This document shows, piece by piece, positions 32,641 to 46,444 of a stretch of 64,000 nucleotides of DNA. The DNA is from Octopus vulgaris (Eukaryota), in NCBI GenBank assembly GCA_951406725.2, contig OX597835.1, forward strand, positions 41,416,001-41,480,000. Reading direction: 5' to 3'. The translations under genes were made by a program, and so were the position numbers. Each line of letters begins with the position of its first letter. The first letter of the stretch is position 1. Under the pieces are notes generated by a model. The model saw only the letters and a program-made list of their open reading frames with translations, had not been told where the DNA came from and searched no databases.

Positions 32641-33847
32641 CAAAACCTGTTAAGAGGCCTACACAAAGTTGCAGAAAGTGTACGGAGTCTTTGTCTTGCA
32701 AATTATTTGGTGACCTCACAAGAGATGTCATAAAAAAAAAAGCACCCAGTATATTCAATAAATTTTTGGCATTAGGAAGGGCATCCAGCTGTGGAAACCA
32801 TGCTAAAACAGACAATGGACATGATGTAGTCCTCCAACTTGTTGAGTCTTGTCAAACCAATTGATCTTTTCCAGCATGAAAGATGGACATGATGTCCCAC
32901 GATGGTATGGGTTGGATGATTTGGGTTGGATGATTTGGGTGCAAAGACTACATTAAGCCCCTATGCTTATTTTGGCAAGGTTTCAAAGGCTGAATATGCT
33001 TCCTAAGGCCAACCATTTTACAGTATGTACTGGATACTGTTTTAGTGGCACCAACACTAACAAGAACACCAGGCAGCTCACAGAGTGGTCCTACAGTAGC
33101 AAGGGAGGGGGCTTAATGCTTGATGAAGGACCCAGAACAAAATAACTCTCTCACTGTAGAGGGGCTACATGGTTATTTGCATAACAAAAGGGAAGATAAA
33201 AGGTGACCTGAATGAAGTTAAGAGATAAAACATATGATGGGGTATCAAGGTGGGCTCTGAAGGTATGAGGTGAGTAGAAAAGAGTGGGGACAGGAGAACA
33301 GGGCACGTGGATGGGTAGGGGTTGATTGTATGGGGAGGGGAGCGAGAGATGGAAGATGGGTGAGGAGGTGAATATAATGTACAAATGTTGTGAGAGATAA
33401 GTAAGAAAGGTCAGGAACAATAGGTGACAACTGTAGATTGGGGAGGGTTGAGGGGTAGATAGAGTGACTGGTGGAGAAGGAGTGAAGGTGGGGGGGTGAT
33501 CTATGGCACATATGGGTTGGGGAGAGTAGGAGAGGTGAAGGGTAGGTGAAAAGCAATAAAGATACAGGAGATGGGGGGGAAAGATGGAAGAGAAAAAAAA
33601 GAGGTAGTGTGTGGTTGGTTAGGCTGAGGGGAGAGGAAGATGTAGTGAATGGAGAGAGTGAGAGATGCATGGTGGTGGAGGAGAGATAATTAGCTGGCTC
33701 AAGAGGGTGATGATCGTGAATTGAGGGTGGAGAGGCCAATATTAAGAATGAAGAATGGATATCGAGTAAAATGGTTCTCAGCAGTGAGAAAGATAAATTG
33801 TACTGGGGGGGGGGGTAGTGAAGTATGTAGCTCCGTTCACATTTAAA

Positions 33848-34243
33848 TCTATATATATAAAGCTGAAGTTGTCTGTCTGTGTGTGTGGCAGGTTTGGTAG
33901 CCTTCAACTAACACGATCTCCTCTGAGACCCTGCGGCGCAAGTTGACCAAAATTGAGAGTATGATAGAAGAAGGCTTGCTCTTCATTCTGTAGAAGAAAA
34001 ATTTAAATCGGACCATGTTAACACCAAAAATTATTTACATCAAAAAGGTGCTTCTTTTCTATGAAAACCCCTATTTTTTACGATTTTTTTTACTGCTGTG
34101 TTGCCATTTTTCGGTGTATTTCAACCAGAAAAATGTTCACTAAAAGAGAATAACAAGCTACATAATGCAAAATTTTTACTTTTCAAAAATTCCAATTCTA
34201 AAGGGTCAAAACAAACCCGAGCAACACCGGGCTATACTGCTAG
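33848..34243 (+). mobile_element. Non-autonomous Helitron, complete
   Basis: A|TCTATATATATAAAG ... CCCGAGCAACACCGGG CTATACTG CTAG|T; inserted between A and T with no TSD. Confidence 0.85.
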
Positions 34244-36743
34244 TATAGGATATTGCAGTTAGAGAAATGATGGTGGTGGAGATGTCAGGAGGAGGAAGAA
34301 ATTGGATGAGATGCTCAGTTGCTGTGCACACATACACATTGTACTTCCAAGATGTTTTGTCAAGATAGGCAGGTCTTCTCAGGAACTGCATATCACCAGT
34401 GACCCTGGCTCTTTATCAGCTCTTCAGGGAGGTTCAAGATCCTGAGATCAGCCTTCACCATGTTGTACTATGTCTTTCTGGGTCTCCCTCTTCTGCAAGC
34501 TCCATCCGTGGTCGTTGCCAGCCTCTGTGCCGGTGGCATGTAAAAAGCACCATCCGATCATGGCCGTTTGCCAGCCTCGTCTAGCACCTGTGCCGGTGGC
34601 ACGTAAAAAGCACCCACTACACTCATGGAGTGGTTGGCATTAGGAAGGGCATCCAGCCGTAGAAACATTGCCAGATCAGACTGGGCCTGGTGCAGCCTTC
34701 TGACTTCCCAGACCCCAGTTGGACCGTCCAACCCATGCCAGCATGGAAAGCGGATGCTAAACGATGATGATGACACACAGATGTAAACACACATCATTAT
34801 CATCCCTGTTGACATAAGCTGGACAATGACAGGAGCTGCACCAGGCTCTGTTTTTTGCCTTGGCATGATTTCTATAGCTGGATACTCTTCCTAATGCCAA
34901 CCACCTGAGTGTTGGGCGCTACTTACAAGGGGACCAGCACTAGTACTTTTATTTCTTTATTGCCCACAAGGGGCTAAACAAGGACAAAGGGATTAAGCCA
35001 ATTACATCGACCCCAGTTCGTAACTGGTACTTAATTTATCGACGCCGAAAGGATGAAAGGCAAAGTTGACCTCGGCAGAATTTGAACTCAGAATGTAAAG
35101 ACAGATGAAATACCGCTAAGCATTTTGCCCAGCGTGCTAACATTTCTGCCAGTTTGCTGCCTAGTACTAGTACTTTTAATGTGGCACCAGCACCAGTGGG
35201 GTTGCTAAGTAACTTGCAAGACAAAGACCTTTTTGGTTGGGAGATGGAGTGGTTCTGAGGGATATGGATTTGTGACACTTGAGAGGTTAAAGTATAATAG
35301 AGGGATAGAGGCTGATGCCTTACTATGGGAGACAGACAGAATGAGAAAGAGAGAGAAAGATTTGTTGGAGATGTCTGTATGTATGATTCTACTTAACTTG
35401 ATGTGTCTTTGAAGCACAGTAAATCACCAGATCTCTTTGTTCCTTGTCATCTTTTTCTGTGAGGCTCATTTTTCACTACTTTGTCTAATGCCCTTCTGAG
35501 TCTAGCTCTTCCACAATTGGAGATTGGATCTTCATGTATCTGTCTTCATCCATATGCATCACACAGACATACCAGTGCAATCTTCTCTCTTACATATGAC
35601 AACAGATGCCTCTTACACCCAAGTTTTCTCTTAAAATTGTTTACTTCCTACTCCCCTAGCACTTTGGTCTTTGCTAAATTGATTCTAAAACCCTTTCATT
35701 CCAGACCTTGCTTCTATACCTGAAATTCCTTTTCTAATTCTAGTAAAGATTCAGCTACAAGAACAAGATCATCAACATAGAGGGCAACCAATTATAAATT
35801 CTTCTGTTATAGTCTGGAGGACTATGATAAACAAGTAGGGAGTGAGACCTGTACACCAAATTTGCTGTTATATACACACATGGGCTTCTTTCAGTTTCTA
35901 TTTACCAAATTCACTCACAAGGCATTGGTTAGGTTAGGGCTATAGTAGAAGACACTTGCCCAAGGGCCATGCAGTGGTACAAAACCTTAATCATGTGGTT
36001 AGAAAACATATGACTAAATAAATAACTATGTAAATTAAAGCTTAATCTTTTTTGCAATTCTACTAATTTTAGTCATCTGACCACAGGTAAAAATATAGAA
36101 AAAGCATTTGAATGTACAAATCTATTTTTAGGTATTTCATTAGTAAACCTGAACTTTTCACTCAGGATATTTTAAGCAGATTGTTGAAAGTTATTCAAAA
36201 TCTAAACAGGATTTTAAATATTTAGGAAGAGTTCCGTGTAATTTCATTGAATACAAACTGTATAAAAGTATCCTGAACTATTTATGGCACAGATTTCTGT
36301 TTAGATAAACACAAAAAGATCAGTCTTATTGCTCTCAGTATCAATTTCCTTTTCTGATAACTTCAGCTCAACAATTACAAGTAAAAATTTTATGTATTTA
36401 GTTGGACATTGATCGACCCACTTATAAAAGTATCAGGAATATTTGGCACATATGACAAACATGCATTCCATGGAATTACTGCAGGGTATCTTGGGCAAGT
36501 GGCTTCAACTACAGCCTCAGGCCAACCAAAGCCTTCTGAATGAATTTGACAGATGGAAACTGAAATAAGCACATCGTATGTGTGAGCATGCATGCAAACA
36601 CACGTATATATATATATATGACTAAATAATGACTAGAAACACTGCCAGATTTGACTGGGCCTGATGAAGCCTTCTGGCTTCACAGACCCCAGTAGAACCA
36701 TCCAACCCATGCTAGCATGGAAAACGGATGCTAAACGATGATA

Positions 36744-36779
<36 letters not shown>

Positions 36780-37084
36780 TAATATCAGCACCTGCATACA
36801 ATAATAAAAATAGAAATTGTTTTCTAATTGGGACTAAAATTCCGCTTATTAACAACTTTAAGGAACGTAACGTTTCCTGTCTTCTTTAACCATATAGTAC
36901 CCATAAAAGTTAGTAAATATATTAATGATTCATATAGTTACTTATAAATATAATATTGTATGAGGGTTTTTTATAATAAATCTGTAATAACTTACGTCTC
37001 ATATGTATTATATTAAAATAATATCCCCTTAGTACATCACTTCAACCTAAAATTCATGTATGTATGTATGTACGTATGTATGTC

Positions 37085-37650
37085 AAGTCACTTTTGAGTG
37101 CTACTGGTAACATGTAACCCAGTAAAACTTGTTGCATCGTCGGGTCGTCGGCGACTAAACCATCAACCCCACCAAGCTTGCTTGGTGAGGAGGGTGTTTA
37201 TTGGACACCCTGCGGGATGAAAAACAAAACCCGTCAAAGGGCAGAGGAACTCTTGAGAATCAACGGCCATCCAATAAATGTCTTAAGGCTGTATCATGCA
37301 CAGGGACATAGAAATAATCGGACTGAATACCTGATCACGTGGTTAAACCATTGGGAGTGGAGGACTCCTAGCCTTTGTTAGGGCATCCTTCTAGGAGAAG
37401 GTATTTCAGGTAACTGGGATAACTCCAACATAAAACCTGCGGCTCAGTGGTTACCGATGATGTTGACTTGTTCTTCTTTTCGGATTATGGCTGCTGTTGC
37501 TTAGTGAGTGGGAATGACTCAGTGCACAGCCTTTCCTCACTTTAAAAAAAATCTTCTTGCACAGGCATTGCACGATAACATTGATTAAGCTTCGTGCAAT
37601 GGCTATACTCGATAACGAGGGGGCAGCCACCATGTATAACCAACCGTAAC
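37085..37650 (+). mobile_element. GC-richer interspersed element, probable non-LTR 5'UTR-derived
   Basis: Abrupt GC/CpG rise after (TATG)n and hairpins such as CACCAAGC-TT-GCTTGGTG. No recognisable coding motif. Confidence 0.35.
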
Positions 37651-38064
37651 TAAGTCAAGGCCTTTCAAAATAATAGATGACCAATTAGATTATGTGACTG
37701 AACAAAAATAACCCCTCCCCACAGGATTTCAACTCCTCCATAAAGAAATAAAATAACGGAGAAATAAACATATCACATGTTTATATGAAAATATCAGTTT
37801 GTGTATAATTATAAATTATATAATTATAATGATATGAACTACTGCATTAATTCTCCCTTCCAAACACATCTAATACGTATGTACCTATGAGTATGTTTGT
37901 ACGGAAATATATATATATATGTGTTCCTCATACATATACAGTTTCATTCTTACATAACTAAAATAACTTTAAGATATATTGATTTTATAAATTACAATAT
38001 TACTCCTCTTCTAATAACTTTCTCACACCTCTGTTTATATTTTACCTAATAGGAATAATTATCT

Positions 38065-38315
38065 TCGACCTGCACCAAATGCTCTGCTTGTGCTCACTTA
38101 TTGCAGTTGCAAGAATAGTTGTGAGGAACTCAAAGATGAAGGAAAGGCTCGGAGAGATAACCTGCACAGACCTGTGTAGATGCGTTAATTGCCAGAATTT
38201 AGCTCAAGCAGGAAATGATGTGGAAGGTGATGAAGATGATACAGACAATGAGGAAGAAGACGAGAGGTGTGAGAGCTCACCTCAAACAAGAAATGTTGAC
38301 TTGGATTACCTGTAA
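38065..38315 (+). mobile_element. DNA transposon remnant with CXC (tesmin-like) Cys cluster
   Basis: PAPNALLVLTYCSCKNSC..(frameshift)..ITCTDLCRCVNCQN followed by an acidic tail. Confidence 0.55.
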
Positions 38316-38319
38316 ATTT

Positions 38320-38654
38320 TAACTCTCTTTACTCGTTTCAGTCATTTGACTGCGGCCATGCTGGAGCACCACCTTTAGTCGAGCAACTCGACCCCAGTAC
38401 TTATTCTTTTGTAAGCCCAGTACTTATTCTATCGGTCTCTTTTGCCGAACCGCTAAGTTACTGGGACGTAAACACACCAGCATCGGTTGTCAAGCAATGC
38501 TAGGGGGACAAACACAGACACACAAACACACACACATCATCATCATCGTTTAGCGTCCGTTGATGATGATGATGATGTGTGTGTGTTTGTGTGTCTGTGT
38601 TTGTCCCCCTAGCATTGCTTGACAACCGATGCTGGTGTGTTTACGTCCCTGCAT

Positions 38655-38687
<33 letters not shown>

Positions 38688-38825
38688 CGACGGGCTTCTT
38701 TCAGTTTCCGTCTACCAAATCCATTCGCAAGGCTTTGGTTGGCCCAAGGCTATAGTAGAAGACACTTGCCCAAGGTGCCATGCAGCAGGACTGAACCCGG
38801 AACCGTGTGGTTGGTAAGCAAGCCA
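38320..38825 (-). mobile_element. SINE family A with internal inverted duplication
   Basis: Family A sequence; 38463-38547 is repeated in inverse at 38562-38649. Confidence 0.85.
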
Positions 38826-38919
38826 CTTGTTTTCATATCCATGCATCAAATTCAATTGTAATTCCTTACAAGCATAGTTTGTCCCTTCTCCAGTGAGTTA
38901 CAGAAGTGGTAGTGAATTC

Positions 38920-39590
38920 CCGGGCCTCACCGAGGCAATGACTAGTGACCGGGAGCTTTGGAAATATGCTGTGCTTGAGAAGACTCGGCAAATGCAAGTG
39001 AGACCATAACCTTTTGGCCTATGCCAGGGGTGTAACCAGCCCACTTACGCGTGCCTTTCCTTCACTGGACATTAAACTCTGCTTGTGAAGACCTGTTGAG
39101 GCAAGTGAAATCAAAATCAAATTCGATGACTGGCATCCGTGCTAGTGGGGCGCTAAGAGTACCATACAAGTGAGATCGTTGCCAGAGCAACAAGCTGGCC
39201 TCCGTGCCAATGGCATGTTAAAAACACCATTCAAGCATGATTGTTACCTGCGTCACCTTACTGACACTTGTGCTTGTGGCACATGAAAAAACATTTGAGT
39301 GAGGTCATTGCCAGTGCCGCTGGACTGGCTCCTGTGCAGGTGGCACATAAAAAGCACCATTTGAGCGTGGCCATTGCAAGTACTGCCTGACTGGCCCTTG
39401 TACCAGTGGCATGTAAAAGCACCCACTACACTCATGGAGTGGTTGGCGTTAGGAAGGGCATCCAGCTGTAGAAACTCTGCCAGATCAAGACTGGAGCCTG
39501 GTGCAACCATCTGGTTTGTCAGCCCTCAGTCAACTCGTCCAACCCATGCTAGCATGGAAAGCAGACGTTAAATGATGGTGATGATGATGA
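38920..39590 (+). mobile_element. RTE-tail/Meta-domain SINE composite with (GAT)n tail
   Basis: GAGTGGTTGGCGTTAGGAAGGGCATCCAGC...CCAACCCATGCTAGCATGGAAAG..GTTAAATGATG. Related fragments at 9165-9600, 14838-14985, 34520-34770, 36640-36745 and 42430-42590. Confidence 0.6.
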
Positions 39591-40228
39591 ATAAAATAAT
39601 GCATCTAATAATAATAATTGATTCATTTGTGTGCATATACATGCAAATATGCATGTACATTTAAGTGTAGGTATATGTATTTATGTATATGTAAAAGTAT
39701 GTATATATATGTGTGTGTATTTATAACTTAACCTTATGTACTTTCTAAAATCCAAGTACTTCAATTTCATCTACTAATTACTTCAATACACTGGAGAAAT
39801 AAAGGTAGAATGAGGTAATTTTGCCTCTTGGCTGAAACAGCTGTAAGATATTATCCCAATTTCTATTGCTATACGTTATATATTTTAATAATTACTGACA
39901 GTTTTATATTTTATATATTATATATGTAAAGCATAATATGTTATACATGTATGTATATCATTATAATTGTCCTTTTAGTAAATAAATAAATAGACATAAA
40001 ATAATGTCTAAAAGTTGATGACTACCACCTATTAATCCCCTCTGTTTTCTTATTGCTCTTTAAATTAATGGTAAAATAACTGTTTATCGTCACCCATTTA
40101 TTACACCCGGTAATGTAATTGCCATGCAATAAAAAACACTTTTGTATTAATAATTGGGTATTCTACCAGCAGTATATTGGATAGATATTATCCCTTTGTT
40201 GGTTGGATTCACAACTAACTTTCTTGGA

Positions 40229-40275
<47 letters not shown>

Positions 40276-40447
40276 GGTGTAGAAGCATTAATATGAATGG
40301 CTATTTAATGTGGAGAATGAAGAATGGGAAAAGGGAATTTCCTCTCTGTGAATCCAGGAGGGAGTGGCTTTATTGACAGCAGTATAATAAATAAGGCAAT
40401 TAAAAATATATAAAGAAGTGCTTAAACTATCTGGTGGGGTAGGCTAC

Positions 40448-40795
40448 AAGGCAGTGAGCTGGCAGAAACATTAGCACGCCGGGCAAAGTGCTTAGCAGTA
40501 TTTCATTTGCTGTTACATTCTGAGTACCAGTTACGCACTGGGGTTGATATAATCGACTTAATCCGTTTGTCCTCTCTGTGTTTAGCCCCTTGTGGGTAGT
40601 AAAGAAATAGGTATTTCGTCTGCCGTTACGTTCTGAGTTCAAATACCGCCGAGGTCGACTTTGCCTTTCATCCTTTCAGGGTCAATAAATTAAGTACCAG
40701 TGATGCACTGGGGTTGATGTAATCAACTTAATCAATTTGTCTGTCCTTGTTTGTCCTCTCTGTTTAGCCCCTTGTGGGCAATAAAGAAATAAGAA
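40448..40795 (+). mobile_element. SINE family B with internal rearrangement
   Basis: GGCAGTGAGCTGGCAGAAACATTAGCACGCCGGGC head; duplicated GTACCAG..GGGGTTGAT..GCCCCTTGTGGG block. Confidence 0.75.
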
Positions 40796-40859
40796 ATAAG
40801 AGTAGGCTACAGTGTAGCCAACTATAGAGTTAGTCAGGTTATTCAGCCTCAAGTGTCGT

Positions 40860-41595
40860 CATCAATGACTGGCATAGCAACATTATAGTCAGCTGCTACA
40901 AGACAGAAGTGATTATAGAGGTATGAAATTTCTGGACAAGGTCATGTAAGTTATGGAAAGAGTTACAGCCCAATTAGGAACAGAATCAGAATAGATGAAA
41001 TGCAGTTTGGCTTTGTGGCAAGGAGAAGCACTATCTTTATAGTTAGGCAACTGCAAGAGAAGTATTTGGCCAAGAATAAACCAGTGTACTTGGTGATTGT
41101 TGACTTGGAGAAAGCTTTTGACAGAGTATCCCACTGGATGATATGGTGGGCTCTGAGGAAGTTAGGGGTAAACAAATGACTTGTGAAAGCAAGTTAGTAA
41201 GATAAGAGTGAGCCATGAGTCACCTAGAGTGATGAATTTAGTGTACAAGTAGGTGTTCACCAAGGCTTAGTTGTCACTCCTCTCCTATTCATCCTCATCC
41301 TCCAAGCCATAACAGAGGAATTTAGGACTGAAGCCCATGGGAACTATTATATGCTGATGATCTTGCTCTTATAGCTAAATCTGTAACAGAATTAGAAAAG
41401 AAATTCCAGGTGAGAAAACAAAACCTGGAATCAAAGGGTCTTGAAGTTATCTTAGCAAAGATCAAGGTCATAGTAAACAAGAAACTAGACATGATCCTAC
41501 CCACTTCAGGTAAATGGCCCAGCTTGGTATGTAGGAAAGGTGTAGGAAAAAAATTCCATTCAGTGTATCTAGTGCAAGCTATGGACACAAAATGA
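40860..41595 (+). mobile_element. RTE-clade LINE reverse transcriptase fragment (pseudogenised)
   Basis: EMQFGFV..STIFIVRQLQEKY..VDLEKAFDRV, GVHQG..PLLF and PWELLYADDLAL. Confidence 0.9.
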
Positions 41596-41599
41596 GCAG

Positions 41600-42289
41600 T
41601 GGATTAGTAGGAAGGTCTGAGGCAGATGCAGCTGGTTTTCTTGAATGTTTTCTAACCCAGGATGAGTGTTGGCTTCATCACTTGAGCCAGAGACAAAGAG
41701 GCTATCTGTAGAGTGGAAACACCCCTCCTCACCTGTTCCAAAGATGGCCAAGGTCATTTCACCTGCAAGGAAGGTAACAGCCTAAGTTTTTTTGAGATGC
41801 AAAAGGAACTATGTTTATTGACAAGGGTCACACCATCAATGGAGAGTATTATGCCAACTTGCTGAGGCAGTTACAAAAGGCTATCAAGACCAGAGACCCA
41901 GGAAAACTGAAGAAAGAGATCTTGTTTCATCAAGGACAATACTCCAGCACACAAGTCCTTGCTTTCAATGGCTGCTGTGCACAACTGTGGCTTTGAACTG
42001 GTTGATCATTCTCCCTATTCTCCTGATTTGGCCACGTCTGACTATCACCTGTTCCCCGATAGGAAAAAAAACACTTGGCCAGGAACCAGTGTCAGAGTGA
42101 TGGTGGCATCACATTTTGCTATTGATGTTTTTGACTAACAGAACGAAAACCTCTTCACTAATAGGATCCAAGCACTGCAACACGGATGGGAGTGTGTGAA
42201 CTGCAAGGGGACTATGTTGAAAAATAACCCTTATTTAGTTACATTCTATGAGAGCATCTTGGTTAACCCATGAATTTTTCAGCCTCGTA
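41600..42289 (+). mobile_element. Mariner transposase 3' fragment with right TIR
   Basis: GHTINGEYYANLL..LFHQDN.PAH..GFELVDHSPYSPDLATSDYHLF; ends GCCTCG|TA. Confidence 0.9.
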
Positions 42290-43699
42290 ACCCTTCTACA
42301 ACAAGAACCTGCCCCGTTCCAACCTTTTCCCACATGTAGCACATAAAGACAACACCCTCCATCCCAAGGCTTGATGACTTGCAAGCTACATGGTGACTCC
42401 AATAGTTCCAATACACACACAAAAAAAAGAGCCAGTACACACTGTAAAGTGGTTGGCATCAGGAAGGTCATCCAGAATAGAAACCATGGCAAAACAGGCA
42501 ATGGTGTATGATGCAGTCCTTGGTTCATTGGATCCTTAGTCAAATTGTTCAACCCATGCCAACATGGAATATGGATGTTAAATGATGATACACACACAGA
42601 CACACACACTTATATATGTGCATGTGTATATATGTGTCCTTGTCTTGATATCATGTGATAGTTGTAATGGAGTATCACTGTCATGTAGGTAAAAACCATG
42701 CTGGCTATGGGGAAAGATTACCTCGCATGGAGATGAGGGTTGGCAACAAGAAGAACATCCATCTACAGAAAGTCTTCCTCAATAAATTCCATTCACCCCT
42801 TGCAAGCATGGAAAAATGGACATTAAAATGACAATTGATGGATCATCAATAAAGAACCACTTAAAAACAGGAACCACATTTCCGTAATAAATCCATTTAA
42901 ATGCTTTATGACTAAATTCTTTCTTTCTTCAAACAGAAATGTATAGTCATCATCATCAACAATCATCATTTTAACGCCCACTTCTTCACACTGACATAAG
43001 GCAGACAGAATCCATAGTGATAGATGCCTTTCCTGTCTCCAGCTCTTATCTGTTTCCAAGTAACATCTTCTCCTGGCCAGATGTTTTTCCCACGAAGATT
43101 GGAAATGAAACACTGCTCGATTACCACGTAACTCAGTAAAAGAACACTTCATGGAGTGGAGAGGACGCTCTAATTCTATGAGGTACAAGGAGACGCCACT
43201 AGTGTTGGTGCCACTCGGCTGTCTATCCAAGAAACTCTGTAAGGTGGTAAGCACACTAGCGGAGACAACACGGGGTTAAGAGGACGCGTTTGTCTTGAAG
43301 TAGACATAAACTTTTTAATGCTGGTATCATGAAAAAATACACACAGTGCTCTGTATACTGTGACTGGCGATAGGAAGGACATCCAACCACAGAAAGCAAG
43401 CCCCCAAAAAATGAAACGTGGTATCAGAACGTGGTATCCTTAATCTATGTAACAGGGTAGAATCACTTAATAAGAACTGGCTTGAATCACGACAGCCCCG
43501 GCATGACAAGCAGACTGATGATGAGGATGGAAGTCGGTATTACTTGTAGCTGTTTCTTCAAAAACACAACAGAGCAACATAAGAAATAAACAGTTGTCTT
43601 CCTGAGGGTGTGCATATTAAAGGTTCTTGAACTCCAGTACGAAACAGGAACGTAAAATATGGTGTTTTGTGAATAAAGCATACTATAAAAACAAGAATT

Positions 43700-45500
43700 T
43701 ATGTAAAAAAAAAATTACGTTTTAATTTATAAAACGGAAGTGAGATAGCTACTGACACCCAACACAATAGTTGTAGATACGAACATTTAATTTACAAATA
43801 AATTATTTCACTTAGATGACAACTAAGATTTATTACTGTTATATCTTTTTGGGATATAAAACCTGATAGCTTGCTTTTCCGTTTTATAAGGGTGGAGGTC
43901 ACGAACGTTTAATACATACACTTCTTTCGACAAGATTACCAGCCGAACTAACCGCTTCGACTGATTAAATTTTAAAATGTTCATCTCGTAAACCTTTTAA
44001 TATCAGTCTTACTGGGTGGTCCCCGTTACAATGTCTTTCCTCAAGGACGTTAATGACCAAACAGTAATATACATACAAATGGGGAAATACCGGATCCAGT
44101 CATTAAAAAACGTCTTCATAAACTTAACTTCGAACTACAACCATTAGCTGAAACAAATCTCGATTCTGAGACAACGTTCATCCTTTTAAGTACTAACTTT
44201 ACATATAAGGTGTTTATTTATGTAAAACTGGGCGAGATGAGGTACACACAGATTTGGTTTCTGCTCCACATACAACGTAATGTCTGTTGCATGCATGAAC
44301 AGGTGAACCATAACAAGCTGACCGAATACTTTATTAACTGTCTTTCACGTATACCTCAGCCCTTAATAGCTTCTAATTCATAATTACAGCAGACATACAC
44401 GTAATTATATACATACAAACAATACTAACCTGAAAAACCATGCGTCCAAGGAATGTTTGCTACAAACAAGTCTCAGTGTCGTTAAACACCGGTTAATTAC
44501 TTGCGTCAAGTGCGTGTCTTAATTACTAAACTTAAAGCGCTTAGACAGGTGCGTTTTGTTTAATTGCGTTTTAAGCATTCCTTCGGTATAGCTCGACACG
44601 GTCGAGACATTTCACTTCGGGTGTTTCCGTGGGTTGTGGAGACTAGATATAATGAAATTATGCCAGCAATTAACACCCTTTCGAATTTCTCGATTAACTG
44701 TAGACTATATATCGCGCGAAACAGCGAAAATATGAGCAACTAATAATGTGTGAGTGTGTGTGTGTATGTATATATTTACATATGTATGTATGTATGTAAA
44801 CAGCTGATACGCTACATCAAGGAGGAACCGAATTGGCTGCTGTTTCGCTTCGTAGTAGAAACGGTTTTCACCTCTGCTGCTACTAATCTTACACAAGTCG
44901 TGGATGGGTACCTCTTTAGAATTCACCCCTCTATACCTTTTTTTTTTTTTTTTTTTCTTCCAGATTCATAAGTTTTCGATATAAGAGATGACGATTTAGC
45001 AAAAAAATTTTTTTTTTAAATTTCAACCCCACCCCCAATTTATTTGCTTTGTTTACAGTACCCTCGTGGATGTCACATTTACTGGGATTGTAAACAAATC
45101 GGGCTCTCGGTTAATATACATAAAAATATTTACATTTATCAAGTGTCACAAAACTCTGAATATCAGAGACTTTCCATTAATACAGCACATATATACAATT
45201 ATTCCAACAAACTATAGAATTCCGATTGAACAGTTCAGTATTCTTTTCTTTAACGCCAGATCTTCCACCTTTTAAATCCCTGGTCGACTCCCTCTTCAAT
45301 CGGCCCCGTTGACACTTTACAGAAAGAAACCTGCTTCAATGGCAATGTTCCTCATCACGACATCTCATCTCACTTCATTTACGGTAGCCATGAGGCGAGC
45401 CACGTGATTGTTTTGTTTACATATTTTTCTTTCGGGATTATTTTCACTTAATCTAAAATTCCATTATTCAGTGTTTGCTGTTGTTTGTAGGAATTTCATC
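43700..45500 (-). promoter_or_regulatory. CpG-rich unique island; candidate promoter/first non-coding exon of the SLIMP-like gene
   Basis: CpG retention in non-repeat DNA, a minus-strand donor CAG|GTTAGT at 44430/44429, and an E2F-type TTTCGCGC on the minus strand at 44714-44721. Confidence 0.4.
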
Positions 45501-45538
45501 CATTAATTCATTTCTTAATGACTTGGTTTTCTTATTTC

Positions 45539-46114
45539 GGTACTATTTAAGAAGAGTTAGGGTCCCGGTGCGCGCACTCGCGTACTCGCACATCCGCGCT
45601 AGCTAGTCGTGACTAGTCGATCCTTACTTTGTGTTTTTGTGTTTTATTTACTTTGTTTAAAAAAATTATTAGCGTAACTTCGGTATAGGTACCGGTAGTA
45701 CCGGATACATTTCAAGAAAGTGTTTTTTTTTATATATGGGGGGGGGAGAAAAGGGTGGCGATGCTTCGGTATAGGTACACACGTGACTTTGTTTACATTT
45801 TTGAAGATAACAGAAACCCTTTTCTCCTCCCCCTCCCCCTAACCCTAACCCCCCCCCCATATAAAAAAAAACACTTTCTTGAAATATGTATCCGGTACTT
45901 ATACCGAAGTTTCGCCAAAAGGGTTTCGCTTATCTTCAGAAATGTAAACAAAGTCACGTGTATACTTATACCGAAGGATCGTCAAATTATTTTGTGTAAA
46001 AAAATTATTTATTTTGTATTTCATTTAATTTGCTAGGTAGTCGTTGTATGATCGACTAGTCACGACTAGCTAGCGCGAGTGCGCGCACCGGGACCACTCT
46101 TCTTAAATAGTACC
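45539..46114. mobile_element. Merlin-like MITE
   Basis: TIR GGTACTATTTAAGAAGAG / CTCTTCTTAAATAGTACC with extended subterminal IRs; exact 8-bp TSD CTTATTTC (45531-45538, 46115-46122). Confidence 0.8.
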
Positions 46115-46444
46115 CTTATTTCTTCCGTTTTTGTTGGTTGTTGCTGTTGTTTATTTATAGTTTTCCTTTATTACTTATTCCGAAGTCGACTTTGTATAAG
46201 AATTAATGTATATTAATTAACCGCTTCCTTTTCGTAGATGGGTATTTTGTTGTTTAAAGATCCGGCAATACCTCTTTTCCCACATTACAATCAACCAACC
46301 TTTTTAGAGGTATTTAAGACTAATGTTTGTGTTTTTTCCTCAAAATTCCGTTGTTACTGTGAAAAACTGGCTGTTATTTATAGAAAATCGTGACTGAATG
46401 TCATTGTTCTCTCGCTTTATTGGTCAGATAGATGATAATGATCG

